Assembly: GCA_039208735.1 (NCBI GenBank)
Contig: JBCCQY010000056.1
Span: forward strand, 1-48,606
Origin: Myxococcota bacterium
GTDB taxonomy: Bacteria > Myxococcota_A > UBA796 > GCA-2862545
Reading direction: 5' to 3'
DNA length: 48,606 nucleotides
The position numbers and the translations under genes are program-made. The notes under the pieces were generated by a model. It saw only the letters and a list, made by a program, of their open reading frames with translations, searched no databases and was not told the origin of the DNA. This document shows positions 29,177-38,658 of the stretch, piece after piece (the first letter of the stretch is position 1; each line of letters begins with the position of its first letter).

Positions 29177-29540
29177 CGGTCCGGGGTTCGGGGTTGAGGT
29201 GCAGTTCGCGGGGCGGCCAGCCCACGTCGTTGAAGTGGATGCGAATCCGGTCTTCGCCGAGCGACGCCACCTGGTGCCCTTCGACGATGCGAACGGCGGG
29301 ATGGTCACCCACTCGGATGACCACTCCGATCCGGCCGTCAGACAACCAGAATACCGCACCGGTGCCGTCTTGAACGAGACGGCAGCGCTCTACGTTGGCG
29401 TCGGGACGTTCGGCGATGAGCGCTCGGCGCGCGCGTGTCTCATCGAGGGCGTCGAGCCGCGTCCCTCCCAAGAGATGCGTCACCAGCATCACGATGCCGA
29501 TGCCGAAGGTCACCAAAGCGAGTAGTGTCTCGAGCCCCAT
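29166..29540 (-). CDS. Hypothetical protein with N-terminal TM helix
   Basis: Abuts both neighbours in the same orientation. Confidence 0.7.
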   Translation of the reverse strand: MGLETLLALVTFGIGIVMLVTHLLGGTRLDALDETRARRALIAERPDANVERCRLVQDGTGAVFWLSDGRIGVVIRVGDHPAVRIVEGHQVASLGEDRIRIHFNDVGWPPRELHLNPEPRTDDA

Positions 29541-29541
29541 G

Positions 29542-30054
29542 TCAGAACAGGGGGTCTTCGTCGTTCCAGTCTTCGGGCATCGGCGGCACCTCGGTCATGC
29601 CGGGGTCGCCGTCTTCGAACGGAGGCGGCTCTCCTGTGCTTGCCACAGGGGCTGGGGCGACGCTCCCGGCTTCGTCGTCGAGACGACGCACTTGCCGTGA
29701 GTCGAGCCAAAGATCTTCGTCGCCCTCGAGCTTGATGCCCACCCGGTAGCCAGGCCCGTGCTTCGAGGGACCGACCCAAAACACTTCGCCGATGCCTTCT
29801 TCACCACGGTTCGTGAAGGCGACTCGGTCGCCCTTTTCGTAGTCGGGCTCGCCAGGTTCGGCTTCCGGGACGTCCGTAAGCTCGACGTAGTCGGCGCTCA
29901 CCCAGTACGTCTCGCCGTCATCGCCTCGGACGCCCAGGCGCTTCTGGCCTTCGTTGTACTTGTCGTCGCCGATCCAGAAGACCGTTCCGGTCGCGCCATT
30001 GCCTTTACGGCCCTTGACAATGGCCACCCGGTTGCCCTTCTCTACGCCATCCAT
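29542..30054 (-). CDS. Tandem KOW/SH3-like domain protein with acidic C-terminal tail
   Basis: Two internal repeats EKG.RV....G.VFW.G..K....R.G...G...W; tail ends EDWNDEDPLF; GGAG SD. Confidence 0.8.
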   Translation of the reverse strand: MDGVEKGNRVAIVKGRKGNGATGTVFWIGDDKYNEGQKRLGVRGDDGETYWVSADYVELTDVPEAEPGEPDYEKGDRVAFTNRGEEGIGEVFWVGPSKHGPGYRVGIKLEGDEDLWLDSRQVRRLDDEAGSVAPAPVASTGEPPPFEDGDPGMTEVPPMPEDWNDEDPLF

Positions 30055-30126
30055 GGTTTTGCTCCAAATCCACCGGCGGGTACGACACCGACTATCGTAC
30101 GCTGCCGGCGGATGGGAAGCGCAGGC

Positions 30127-31182
30127 CTACAGCTCTGAGATGGTCAGGCTCAGGTCGCCGACGTAGGAGAGGTCGGTCTCGACGACCGCGATGACCGTTT
30201 GCCCCTCGGCGAGGGTCACCGTCAACATGGCGGCGTAGTAGTTTGCGTAGTTGAAATTGCAGGCCAGCGCCGAGCCCGCGCAGCTGTCCAACACGTAGAC
30301 GTAGTTCGGTACTGTGGAACCTGTGGTTTCGAAGACGTAGTCCCCCGCCTTCGGCGCGGTGAATCCAAAGGTTGTGTCGACGGTTGTGTAGCTTGTCGGA
30401 CCTGGACCGCACAGGCCCTGATCGGGCAGGTTGAGGTCGGTCAGACCGGCGCTGCTGACCGTGGTCGTTCCCAAGCCCACGGTCGTGGCGGGGCAACACG
30501 CGGCGTCGCCCGCACAGGTGAAGTCCGCGCAGTCTGCGAGGCCATCGCCATTGTTGTCGACGCCGTCGTCACAGACCCCTTCGTTGATGACCTCGGTGAT
30601 GTTCAAGACCACGTCACCTTGTTCGCCATCGTAGCCATCAACCACGATGATGACGGTCTGGCCTGCCACCATGGCAATACGCAGCGTCGATTGAACGGTG
30701 TCGGGATCGTCATCGTTGCAGATCAGTTCGGTGCCGCCGCAACTGTCCAGAACGGCCAGCACGGTATCGATGGCAGAGCCAAAGGTGTCGATCGTATATT
30801 GGCCGTCCAGGGGAGCCGTGAATTCGAAGGTGGCGTCCGGGGCGCCGCCGTAGCCGCAGCTAAGGAAATTCAGATCCGCCAAGCCTGCGGTGTTGATGGA
30901 ATAGGTTCCTGGGCCGGTGGTGACCTGCAGCGGACACGTCGGGGTGGTCATGCCGGTGTCGGCGTCGGTGTCCGCGTCACTATCCGCATCGGTGTCCGCG
31001 TCCGAATCGGCATCAGAATCGGCGTCGCTGTCCGCATCGGAATCCGCGTCGGAGTCGGCGTCCGAATCGGCATCGGTGTCGGCGTCAGCGCCGGGATCTC
31101 CCGAATCCAATGCTTTTTCGTCATCCGTACATCCGAGTCCCAGGAGACCAGCAATGATGAATATCCACGTATAAAGTTTCAT
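30127..31182 (-). CDS. Lipoprotein with DADS/T repeat stalk and two PPC-like beta-sandwich domains
   Basis: MKLY..LGLGC lipobox; FTAP..G.Y..DT.GS domains twice; Cys-rich CDDGVDNNGDGLADCAD motif. Confidence 0.85.
   Translation of the reverse strand: MKLYTWIFIIAGLLGLGCTDDEKALDSGDPGADADTDADSDADSDADSDADSDADSDADSDADTDADSDADTDADTGMTTPTCPLQVTTGPGTYSINTAGLADLNFLSCGYGGAPDATFEFTAPLDGQYTIDTFGSAIDTVLAVLDSCGGTELICNDDDPDTVQSTLRIAMVAGQTVIIVVDGYDGEQGDVVLNITEVINEGVCDDGVDNNGDGLADCADFTCAGDAACCPATTVGLGTTTVSSAGLTDLNLPDQGLCGPGPTSYTTVDTTFGFTAPKAGDYVFETTGSTVPNYVYVLDSCAGSALACNFNYANYYAAMLTVTLAEGQTVIAVVETDLSYVGDLSLTISEL
30955..31086 (-). repeat. Coding tandem repeat, 11 x 12 bp (Asp-Ala-Asp-Ser/Thr)
   Basis: 132 nt encoding DADT(DADS)6 DADT DADS DADT DADT with synonymous codon variation. 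Confidence 0.95.
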
Positions 31183-31268
31183 GACTCGTCCCTTCCATGG
31201 TTTTCTTAGGTTGTGCGACGGAGACCGGGGTCTCCAACCCAAGGGTGTGCAGGGAGAGCACGAACGGA

Positions 31269-31718
31269 TCAGTTCATTTGTGGAACCACATCCCACCACA
31301 CCGCGAAGGCGTGGTCTTGATTGCAGAACCACAGTTGATGAACGCCGTCAGGAACCGGATGGTCGGTCTGGTGCGTCGTGGGAAGCGAGAGTCCGGTGGC
31401 GTCGGCAAACATTCCATTTAAGGAACCTGCGACAATATTCGTCATTTCGCCAATGAGGTCGCTGCAGTCCTCATCCGAGATGGCGCCATCTGGTCGATTG
31501 AATACCTTGGCGGCTGCCATTCGGGCCAGCGGAGTGGGCATTTGGACGTGCACGGTCATGGGAGGCGACGTGGGAACCTGAACGAGGCCTTTGAAGCCCG
31601 GTCCCGTCACCTTGCGCGGTGCGATACGCTCGATGGGCGTGTCGATCACCTGTTCAAAAAGGCCGTACGTTGCTTCCACGACACACGCTTCGAGGTCGTT
31701 TGGGTCCACCTGATTCAA
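31269..31718 (-). CDS. cheX: Chemotaxis phosphatase CheX
   Basis: DLIGEMTNIVAG (ExxN) and LSLPT motifs; TTG start overlaps cheR stop. Confidence 0.85.
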   Translation of the reverse strand: MNQVDPNDLEACVVEATYGLFEQVIDTPIERIAPRKVTGPGFKGLVQVPTSPPMTVHVQMPTPLARMAAAKVFNRPDGAISDEDCSDLIGEMTNIVAGSLNGMFADATGLSLPTTHQTDHPVPDGVHQLWFCNQDHAFAVWWDVVPQMN

Positions 31719-32533
31719 AATGCCTCCACGCGTCGGTAGCAACCCGAACGCGGTACCTCGACCCGCTGCCATTGGTTGCCGCTGGGTGGGCTTTCCGACC
31801 CTCCCAAAAAGAGGAATCCGTCGGGCCGAATTTGGCCAACCATCCGTCGAAGGACGGCATCTTTGTCTGCCACATCGAAGTAGATGAGCACGTTGCGCAG
31901 CAGCACAATGTCGAACGTGGGCAATCCAGACCATGCCTCGGTCAGGTTCAGTTGCTGAAAGCTCACTCGGGCTCGAAGTCGGTGATGGAGTCGCCACACC
32001 ATGCCGCGACGCTCGAAATGCCGCATGAGTTGGGGGGCCGACAGTCCTCGGTTCACCTCGACTTGTCGGTATTCTCCACGCTCGGCGCGCAACAGGACAC
32101 TCTGCGACAGGTCCGAAGCAAGAATCTGTACGTCCCACTCCGCAAGTGCGGGGAAGTGGTCGGCAATGAGCATGGCCACGCTGTAGGGCTCTTGGCCTGT
32201 GGAGCAAGCGGCCGACCAAATGCGTAGGGTTTTCGATGCGGCGTTGTGGCGCATGACTTCGGGCAACACCACATCCAACATCACATCGAACGGCACGGCA
32301 TCGCGAAAGAAGCTGGTTTCGTTCGTCGTCATGGCGTCGACCACGAGGTCCGCCAGCGCTCGGTTTCGACCGCGGTCGAGACGGTCGCAGAGCTGGTCAA
32401 CGTCTTGAAGCCCCTGAGCCCGAGCCACGGGCTTCAGCCGGGTTTCGACGAGGTACTCCTTGCCCTCTTCAAGCACGATCGAAGCACGCTGCCGAATCAA
32501 GGAACGGATTTGTTCAAAGGACTCTCGACGCAT
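31715..32533 (-). CDS. cheR: Chemotaxis methyltransferase CheR
   Basis: TTNETSFFRD, RIWSAACSTGQEPYS, LRNVLIYFD. Confidence 0.96.
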   Translation of the reverse strand: MRRESFEQIRSLIRQRASIVLEEGKEYLVETRLKPVARAQGLQDVDQLCDRLDRGRNRALADLVVDAMTTNETSFFRDAVPFDVMLDVVLPEVMRHNAASKTLRIWSAACSTGQEPYSVAMLIADHFPALAEWDVQILASDLSQSVLLRAERGEYRQVEVNRGLSAPQLMRHFERRGMVWRLHHRLRARVSFQQLNLTEAWSGLPTFDIVLLRNVLIYFDVADKDAVLRRMVGQIRPDGFLFLGGSESPPSGNQWQRVEVPRSGCYRRVEAF

Positions 32534-33682
32534 TTAGGCCCTCTGGGGTGCGTGGGAGAGCACCTCGGAGAGTTGTTCATGGATCGCCTCGGCCATGTGA
32601 TCGAGAGGCACCACGGCATGAGCGATGCCCGCTTCCTCAATGGCCCGGGGCATCCCCCAAACGACGCAACTCGCCGCGTCCTGAGAAAGGATGCGGCCCC
32701 CAGCGGCAGCGATGGCCTTTCCGCCGAGCAACCCGTCGCGCCCCATTCCGGTAAGTACGACGGCCAAGACGTTGGCTCCGCAGACGTTGGCGCCTGTGCG
32801 AAAGAGCACGTCGACGGCAGGGCGGCAGGAGTTTTCGGGCTCATCCTGGGTGAGCTTTGCCCACAGTTCGGCGCCTCGCGCGGCCACTTCGAGGTGGTAG
32901 TCGCCCGGTGCGATGTAGATGTGAGCTGCGCGGAGGGGTTCGCCGTGGACGGCCTCGCGAACCGTCACGGGACACAGCTGGTCCAGTCGAGCCGCCATTT
33001 GCCGAGTGAACATCGGCGGCATGTGCTGCACGACGAGCGTCGGCAAGGGCAGCGGATGGGCCAGGGCAGGAAGCAGCCGGCCCAGCGCTTGGGGACCCCC
33101 TGTCGAGGTCCCAATGAGCAGGAGTTGGGGACGCCACTTTCGCGGCCTTCGCGGGCGTACCGCGGGCACTGGCGTGGGCTCGGGCTCGGGCTCGGGCGAC
33201 GCCGGGGAAGAGGGCGGCTCGATCGTGGTCCCGGCGGGCTCGGACCGCTCCGCCAACCCATAGATGTTGGCCAGTCGGCGACGGGTACGAACCAACGCCA
33301 CGATCTTGTCGCTTAGACGGCGCATCGTGGCCGAGAATCCCTCCGACGCGGAGGAGGGCTTCAGGACGTAGTCGCTTGCGCCGCGTGCAATGGCGTCGAA
33401 GGTGGCTTTGGCCCCAGGTTCGGTGAGACTGCTGAACATCACGATGGGCAGCATCGGGTACTCCCGACGCAGCTGATCCAGCGCATCGAGGCCGTTCATG
33501 ACCGGCATCTCAATGTCGAGGATCACGGCCTCAGGCCGCACCTTGGCGACGAGGGTGAGCGCTTCGCGGCCGTCTCGGGCCAGCCCGATCAGGTCGATGT
33601 CATCGCGATCGCGAAGGGCCCGCCCCACCATGCGGAGGACGGTCGCCGAATCGTCGACGAGCACGACACTAGCGGGCTGCAT
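32534..33682 (-). CDS. cheB: Chemotaxis response regulator methylesterase CheB
   Basis: Receiver (VDDS, LDIEMP, KP) plus GTSTGGP, VQHMP, RPAVDVLF, LTGMGRDG, VWGMP. Confidence 0.96.
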   Translation of the reverse strand: MQPASVVLVDDSATVLRMVGRALRDRDDIDLIGLARDGREALTLVAKVRPEAVILDIEMPVMNGLDALDQLRREYPMLPIVMFSSLTEPGAKATFDAIARGASDYVLKPSSASEGFSATMRRLSDKIVALVRTRRRLANIYGLAERSEPAGTTIEPPSSPASPEPEPEPTPVPAVRPRRPRKWRPQLLLIGTSTGGPQALGRLLPALAHPLPLPTLVVQHMPPMFTRQMAARLDQLCPVTVREAVHGEPLRAAHIYIAPGDYHLEVAARGAELWAKLTQDEPENSCRPAVDVLFRTGANVCGANVLAVVLTGMGRDGLLGGKAIAAAGGRILSQDAASCVVWGMPRAIEEAGIAHAVVPLDHMAEAIHEQLSEVLSHAPQRA

Positions 33683-34067
33683 GCTGAACCAGACCCAGGC
33701 CTTCCAGACGTTCCGCGAGGGCCGCACTCGAGAATGGCTTCATGATGTAGTCGTTGGCTCCGGCCTGGAGGGCTTGGGCAATGCGGTGAGGGGAGGACTC
33801 GCTGCTCACCATCACGACCTTCATCTCGTCGTAGACGGGGTCTTCGCGGAGGGTCTCGATAAGTTCAAGGCCATCCATCTCGGGCATCATCCAGTCCACA
33901 AGTACCAACTCTGGAACTCGTGTTTGGGCCAATCGGCTGAGCGCATCCCGTCCGTTGTCGGCGTCGATGACGTCGTAGCCCACCATCTCAAGCCCTCGGC
34001 GCAACAACGCCCGCATCGCCCGGGAGTCGTCGACGATGAGCGCGCGCCGAGGCAATGCCGTGCTCAT
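33669..34067 (-). CDS. cheY: CheY-like response regulator
   Basis: Single receiver: IVDDS, VDWMMP, SSE, KPF. Confidence 0.9.
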   Translation of the reverse strand: MSTALPRRALIVDDSRAMRALLRRGLEMVGYDVIDADNGRDALSRLAQTRVPELVLVDWMMPEMDGLELIETLREDPVYDEMKVVMVSSESSPHRIAQALQAGANDYIMKPFSSAALAERLEGLGLVQHAAR

Positions 34068-34504
34068 GGAGTTGCCTCACCGATGCTTGCGGATCGTTCG
34101 GGGTCGAGCACCAACAACAGCCGGTCCGGCAGCTTGCAGACCGAATCGACCACGTGGCGAAGGTGGGTTGGCAACGTGGGTGGTGGCGGCTCGAACGAGT
34201 TTTCGTCCACTTCGATCACGTCTCCGATGTCATCGACAATGATGCTGATGAGGCCTTCTTCAAGTCGGATCACGACGTTCATCGGCGCTCCCTCATCGTC
34301 GGACGGCGGGAGTCCCAATCGGCTGCGCAAATCCACCGCGGTGACGATCTGGCCTCGAAGGTTGATCAATCCCCGCACGATCTGGGAAGAAAGTGGAACC
34401 TGAGTGATCTGCTCGAATCGGATGACCTCCTGAATGCGAATCACCTCGAGGGCGAAGAGCAGGTCATCCACGTGAAAGGTGCAGAGCTGGGTGGCGGTGG
34501 TCAT
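34064..34504 (-). CDS. cheW: Chemotaxis adaptor CheW
   Basis: QEVI, TQVP, GLINLRGQIV, IVDDIGDV. Confidence 0.95.
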   Translation of the reverse strand: MTTATQLCTFHVDDLLFALEVIRIQEVIRFEQITQVPLSSQIVRGLINLRGQIVTAVDLRSRLGLPPSDDEGAPMNVVIRLEEGLISIIVDDIGDVIEVDENSFEPPPPTLPTHLRHVVDSVCKLPDRLLLVLDPERSASIGEATP

Positions 34505-36897
34505 CAGTGCCTCGCCAGGTCATGGACGAAGGAAGCGTCGAGCAGTTCGGTGATTTTGCCGTCGATGACGGCCGTAAAGGAGACGCCTTGGCGACTGCTG
34601 GGCCCGCGAACGGTCAGCGCCCGTTCGATTACGTCCTCAATGGAGTCGACGACGAAGCCGACCTGTCGCTCGCCGTTGGAGTGGACGACGACCTGGAGGC
34701 TCTCTGATTCGACGGGTGCTCCGCCGAAAAACTCGGACAGATCAATGAGGGGAAGCAGGGCATCGCGATACTGGATGACGTTCTGACGGCCGACGTGCTC
34801 AATACGCTCCCGAGGGAACTCCTCAAGGCGGGCGACATCGTCGAGGGGGATGGACAAGGGGGCCTTGCCTCCCGCACGAAAGATCAGCCATCGGGTGGCC
34901 GGTTCGTCGTTGGCGTCCGTCTGGGCGTTGTTGGCGGCTGCAATGTGGCGGTCCGCCTCGTCGAGCTTGGCGCGCTCGGACAGTCCGATGACGTCCAAGA
35001 TGAGCGCCACACGACCGTCGCCCATGATGGTGGCCCCCGCAAAGGTGGACAACCCCTTCAGCTCGCGCCCCAACGGCTTGACGACGATCTCTTCGGTATC
35101 GAGCACCGTATCGACGAGTAGGCCAAACTGTCGGTCGTCTGCCTGCAAGACCACAATGTTTGTGTCGCCGTCGTCCTCGACTTCGGGCAGCTCGAGGACC
35201 GACCCGAGGTCCACGAGGGCAAGCAAGTTTCCGCGAAGGCGGAAGAGGGGGACGCCGCTGATGCGTTCCACGGCTCGGTTGCCTTCATCCGTGTCGAGTC
35301 GCACGAGTTCGACGAGGTTCACCTGGGGAATGGCGAACCGTTCGCCTCGGGTTTCCACCACCAACGCAGGCACGATGGCCAGGGTGAGGGGAATGCGAAT
35401 GCGGACCGTCGTGCCCTGGCCAAGCTTGCTGTCGAGGTCGACCGACCCGCCGATGCGCTCGATGTTGCTGCGCACGACATCCATGCCGACGCCACGACCC
35501 GACAGCTTCGTGACCTTTTCAGCGGTCGAGAATCCAGCCAGGAACAGCATGCTGATGGCTTCACTGGGCAGCATGGACCGCGCATGGTCGGCCGAGATGA
35601 GCCCTCGCTCGATCGCCTTGGCCTTGACCTTTTCGGGGTCGACTCCCCGGCCATCGTCGGCAATCTCGATGTTGACGCGTCCCCCCTCGTGGAAGGCGCG
35701 AAGCCAGATCGTGCCCTGTTTGGGTTTGCCGGCCGCCTCACGCTGCTCCGGTGTTTCGAGCCCATGGTCGATCGCGTTGCGAACGATGTGGGTGAGCGGA
35801 TCGGCGATGGCCTCGATGATGCTCTTGTCGAGTTCGGTCGCCTTTCCATCCATCCGAAGTTGGACGTCTTTCTGCGTGGCCACCGACAAATCGCGCACAA
35901 TACGCGGATAGCGAGCCCAAACCTTATCGATGGGCTGCATTCGCGTCTTCATGACGCCTTCCTGCAGCTCCGTCGTAATGAGGTCGAGTCGCTGAGACGT
36001 GGCCGTGAGCACGGGGTCCGCGCTCTCGCTCGTGTACTGCAACAGCTGGTTTCGGGCGAGGACGAGTTCGCCCACCAGGTTCATCAGGGTGTCGAGCAGC
36101 CCCACATCGACGCGAATGCGCGTGTCGTGTCGAGCCGGCCGGGGCATGGTCGGCGCAGGAGCGTTGGGCACTGCGGCAGACTCGAGTGATGCTTCGGCCG
36201 GCATCGGGATCTTGGTTTCCGGACCTCGATCCGGCACGCGCACTGCCTCGGTCGGAGCGGCCGGCGCCTCGGCGGTGGGGGCGGGTTCGGCCGGTTCAGG
36301 TTCCGCGGCCGGAGGGTCGGCCGACGGGGCCTCCGCCTCGGGCGCCGGGGCTTCGGGCTCCGCGGCCTGCGGTGGCGCTTCGGCGACCTCCGATTCGGGC
36401 TCGGGGGCGGCCGCTGCCTCCGTGGCGGCAGCGGGTTCGGCGTCGGCGTCGGCGGACGCGGTTGCGCTGCGGCTGGCGGAATCCAAAAGCGCCTTGGATT
36501 CCTCAAGACGCGTGTCGTCTTTGGCAACTGCCAACGCCTCGATCAGGGTGCCAAAGTGGCCCTGACCCTCTGAACCAGTGGTTTCGACCTGGTCGAGCAG
36601 CTGCCGAATGGCGTCGACCATGGCGAGGAGCGCGCTGGTTCGCACCTGCTCCAGCACAATCTCGGACGCCCGGAGCCCGGAAAGCAAGCTCTCCCCGGCG
36701 TGGGCAACCTTCTCGAGTCGGTCGAACCCAAAGAACCCGGCCGTGCCCTTGATCGTGTGAACGATGCGAAAGATGCTGGACAGTCGGTCGGCATTGGTGG
36801 GATCGGTTTCCAGTTCGACGAGTTCGCCGTCCAGCTGATCGAGGTTCTCTCGGCTTTCGAGCACGAACTCCGCAAGGAGTTCCGCATCTTCGGTCAT
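34504..36897 (-). CDS. cheA: Chemotaxis histidine kinase CheA with two CheW-like domains
   Basis: Hpt FRIVHTIKG, Ala/Pro/Glu linker in place of P2, P3 [45 protein letters not shown]5 plus a second CheW domain. Confidence 0.97.
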   Translation of the reverse strand: MTEDAELLAEFVLESRENLDQLDGELVELETDPTNADRLSSIFRIVHTIKGTAGFFGFDRLEKVAHAGESLLSGLRASEIVLEQVRTSALLAMVDAIRQLLDQVETTGSEGQGHFGTLIEALAVAKDDTRLEESKALLDSASRSATASADADAEPAAATEAAAAPEPESEVAEAPPQAAEPEAPAPEAEAPSADPPAAEPEPAEPAPTAEAPAAPTEAVRVPDRGPETKIPMPAEASLESAAVPNAPAPTMPRPARHDTRIRVDVGLLDTLMNLVGELVLARNQLLQYTSESADPVLTATSQRLDLITTELQEGVMKTRMQPIDKVWARYPRIVRDLSVATQKDVQLRMDGKATELDKSIIEAIADPLTHIVRNAIDHGLETPEQREAAGKPKQGTIWLRAFHEGGRVNIEIADDGRGVDPEKVKAKAIERGLISADHARSMLPSEAISMLFLAGFSTAEKVTKLSGRGVGMDVVRSNIERIGGSVDLDSKLGQGTTVRIRIPLTLAIVPALVVETRGERFAIPQVNLVELVRLDTDEGNRAVERISGVPLFRLRGNLLALVDLGSVLELPEVEDDGDTNIVVLQADDRQFGLLVDTVLDTEEIVVKPLGRELKGLSTFAGATIMGDGRVALILDVIGLSERAKLDEADRHIAAANNAQTDANDEPATRWLIFRAGGKAPLSIPLDDVARLEEFPRERIEHVGRQNVIQYRDALLPLIDLSEFFGGAPVESESLQVVVHSNGERQVGFVVDSIEDVIERALTVRGPSSRQGVSFTAVIDGKITELLDASFVHDLARH

Positions 36898-36913
36898 CGG
36901 GGCCTCCGCCGGA

Positions 36914-38503
36914 TCAGTCGGACAATGCGTCGACCGCCTGACGCAGCTCGCCTGACAGCGATGCCAGCTCGGTCGCGGCGGTGAGGGTCTCCTGAGCACC
37001 CGACCGCGTGCTTTGTGCCGCGCGGTTCACTCCGTGGATGCTCTGGCTGATCTGCTCGGCACCGGCTGCCGCTTCGGCCGCACTGCGGGCGATCTCCTTC
37101 GTCGTGGCCGCCTGTTCTTCCACGGCCCCGGCGATGGTGTTCTGGTAGTCGTTGATTTGGCCAATGATGGTGGAGATGTGCTGGATGGCGTCGACTGCAC
37201 GTTTCGTGTCGAATTGGATGGCCTCGATCTTTCGACTGATGTCTTCGGTGGCCGCTGCCGTTTGCTTGGCCAGTTCCTTGACTTCGTTCGCGACAACTGC
37301 GAATCCCTTGCCCGCCTCGCCCGCTCGGGCGGCCTCGATGGTCGCGTTCAAGGCAAGGAGGTTCGTTTGCTGGGCGATCGAGGTGATGACCTTGATGACC
37401 TTGCCAATCTCGACCGAACTCGCGCCGAGCTGGGCGACGGTGCCGTTGGTTTGCTCTGCGGCTTCCACCGCAGTCATCGCCACTTGGGCGGCATCGTTGG
37501 CGCTCCGCGCAATCTCGCGGACCGTCGCACTCATCTGATCCGCACTGGCGGCGACCGATGCGACGCTCTGAGTCACCTGCGAGGAGGTTTCCGCCACGCG
37601 CTTGGCCTGCTCGGTGGTCTCCTGGGAGTTCTTTTCGAGCTGTTTGGCGACCGTCTCGAGTTCGTTCGAGGCCTCGTTGACCCGGTTGGCATTTGCATCG
37701 AGTCCCTGCGTTGCGCGACGGTCGCGCGTCAACGACTCGAGTTGAATCATCGTGCCGAGCTTTCCTCCGGCCGCGTCCCGAATCGGATTGGCGCGGACGC
37801 GAAGCACTTCCTCACCGAGTTCCGCCTCGGTGGTCTGTGGCCGATCCGCAGCCTCATAAAGGAGTTCACGGAGGGACTTCGGCGTGGTGGGGAACACCTC
37901 GACCGCACTGCCCACAATCGAGGCCAGAGGAACCGCAATCTGGCTTTGTAGGGTTTGCGCAAGGGTGGTGCCGGCCGGGTTGAGCGACTGGATGGTGCCT
38001 TCGCCATCGACAAAGAGGGTCGCGACCGACGAAGCCTGAACCATGAACGGAAACCGAGAGAGTTCGGTGAGTTCCGACTGCTGGGCTTCGTCCTTTTGCT
38101 TGAGGGTCTGGACCTGCGACTCGAGCGTGCCCAGGTCCGGAACCTCTGGGCAGAGGACCCGTACGAAGGTGACGGCGCCATCTTCGACGATGGGGAGGAA
38201 GGTCGCCCAGACCTGCCGGACATCACCGTTCCCTGTTTCAAGAGGAAGAGAGGCGGAGCTTGGCGTCCCGGCGACGGAGGAGGACCAGGCCGTGGCAAGG
38301 TCATGGGTGGTGCCGCCGCGAACGATGGAAGCGAACGGCTGTCCGACGACCGCGGCCTCCACCGACCCGAGCAAGCGTGCTGCGGCGGGGCTCGCCTGCT
38401 GTACGCGCCCGTCGGCTCCGACATCGAATACCGGAGTCGCGGCCCAAAGCGCCGTTTCAGAGGCAGTACGAGGGGCGGAATGCGCCAGGGTTTCGTTGGA
38501 CAT
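36914..38503 (-). CDS. Soluble methyl-accepting chemotaxis protein with PAS-like N-terminal domains
   Basis: [37 protein letters not shown]; no TM segment; two PAS-like segments. Confidence 0.93.
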   Translation of the reverse strand: MSNETLAHSAPRTASETALWAATPVFDVGADGRVQQASPAAARLLGSVEAAVVGQPFASIVRGGTTHDLATAWSSSVAGTPSSASLPLETGNGDVRQVWATFLPIVEDGAVTFVRVLCPEVPDLGTLESQVQTLKQKDEAQQSELTELSRFPFMVQASSVATLFVDGEGTIQSLNPAGTTLAQTLQSQIAVPLASIVGSAVEVFPTTPKSLRELLYEAADRPQTTEAELGEEVLRVRANPIRDAAGGKLGTMIQLESLTRDRRATQGLDANANRVNEASNELETVAKQLEKNSQETTEQAKRVAETSSQVTQSVASVAASADQMSATVREIARSANDAAQVAMTAVEAAEQTNGTVAQLGASSVEIGKVIKVITSIAQQTNLLALNATIEAARAGEAGKGFAVVANEVKELAKQTAAATEDISRKIEAIQFDTKRAVDAIQHISTIIGQINDYQNTIAGAVEEQAATTKEIARSAAEAAAGAEQISQSIHGVNRAAQSTRSGAQETLTAATELASLSGELRQAVDALSD

Positions 38504-38658
38504 AGGGTTCCGGGGGTTGGTGGACTCTTCCGCATCATCGATGGCTGACCGCCGCGGCTTGAGTGGACCCCGGCTCGCGTAAAGCCTTGGGTTGAGCGTG
38601 CGGACATGCGTCGATGGCAATCCCTGGCACGCGGTTACGCTCGCACCATGGAGCGACC

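Noticed and set aside
30955..31086. Tandem repeat as a CRISPR array or non-coding repeat
   Set aside because: 12-bp in-frame coding repeat with no spacers and no cas genes
36180..36470. GC-rich low-complexity stretch inside cheA as an insertion element
   Set aside because: In-frame Ala/Pro/Glu linker between Hpt and the dimerisation domain, common in CheA
38625..38640. Sigma54 promoter TGGCAC.. upstream of the atypical kinase
   Set aside because: GG-to-GC spacing is 11 nt rather than the required 10
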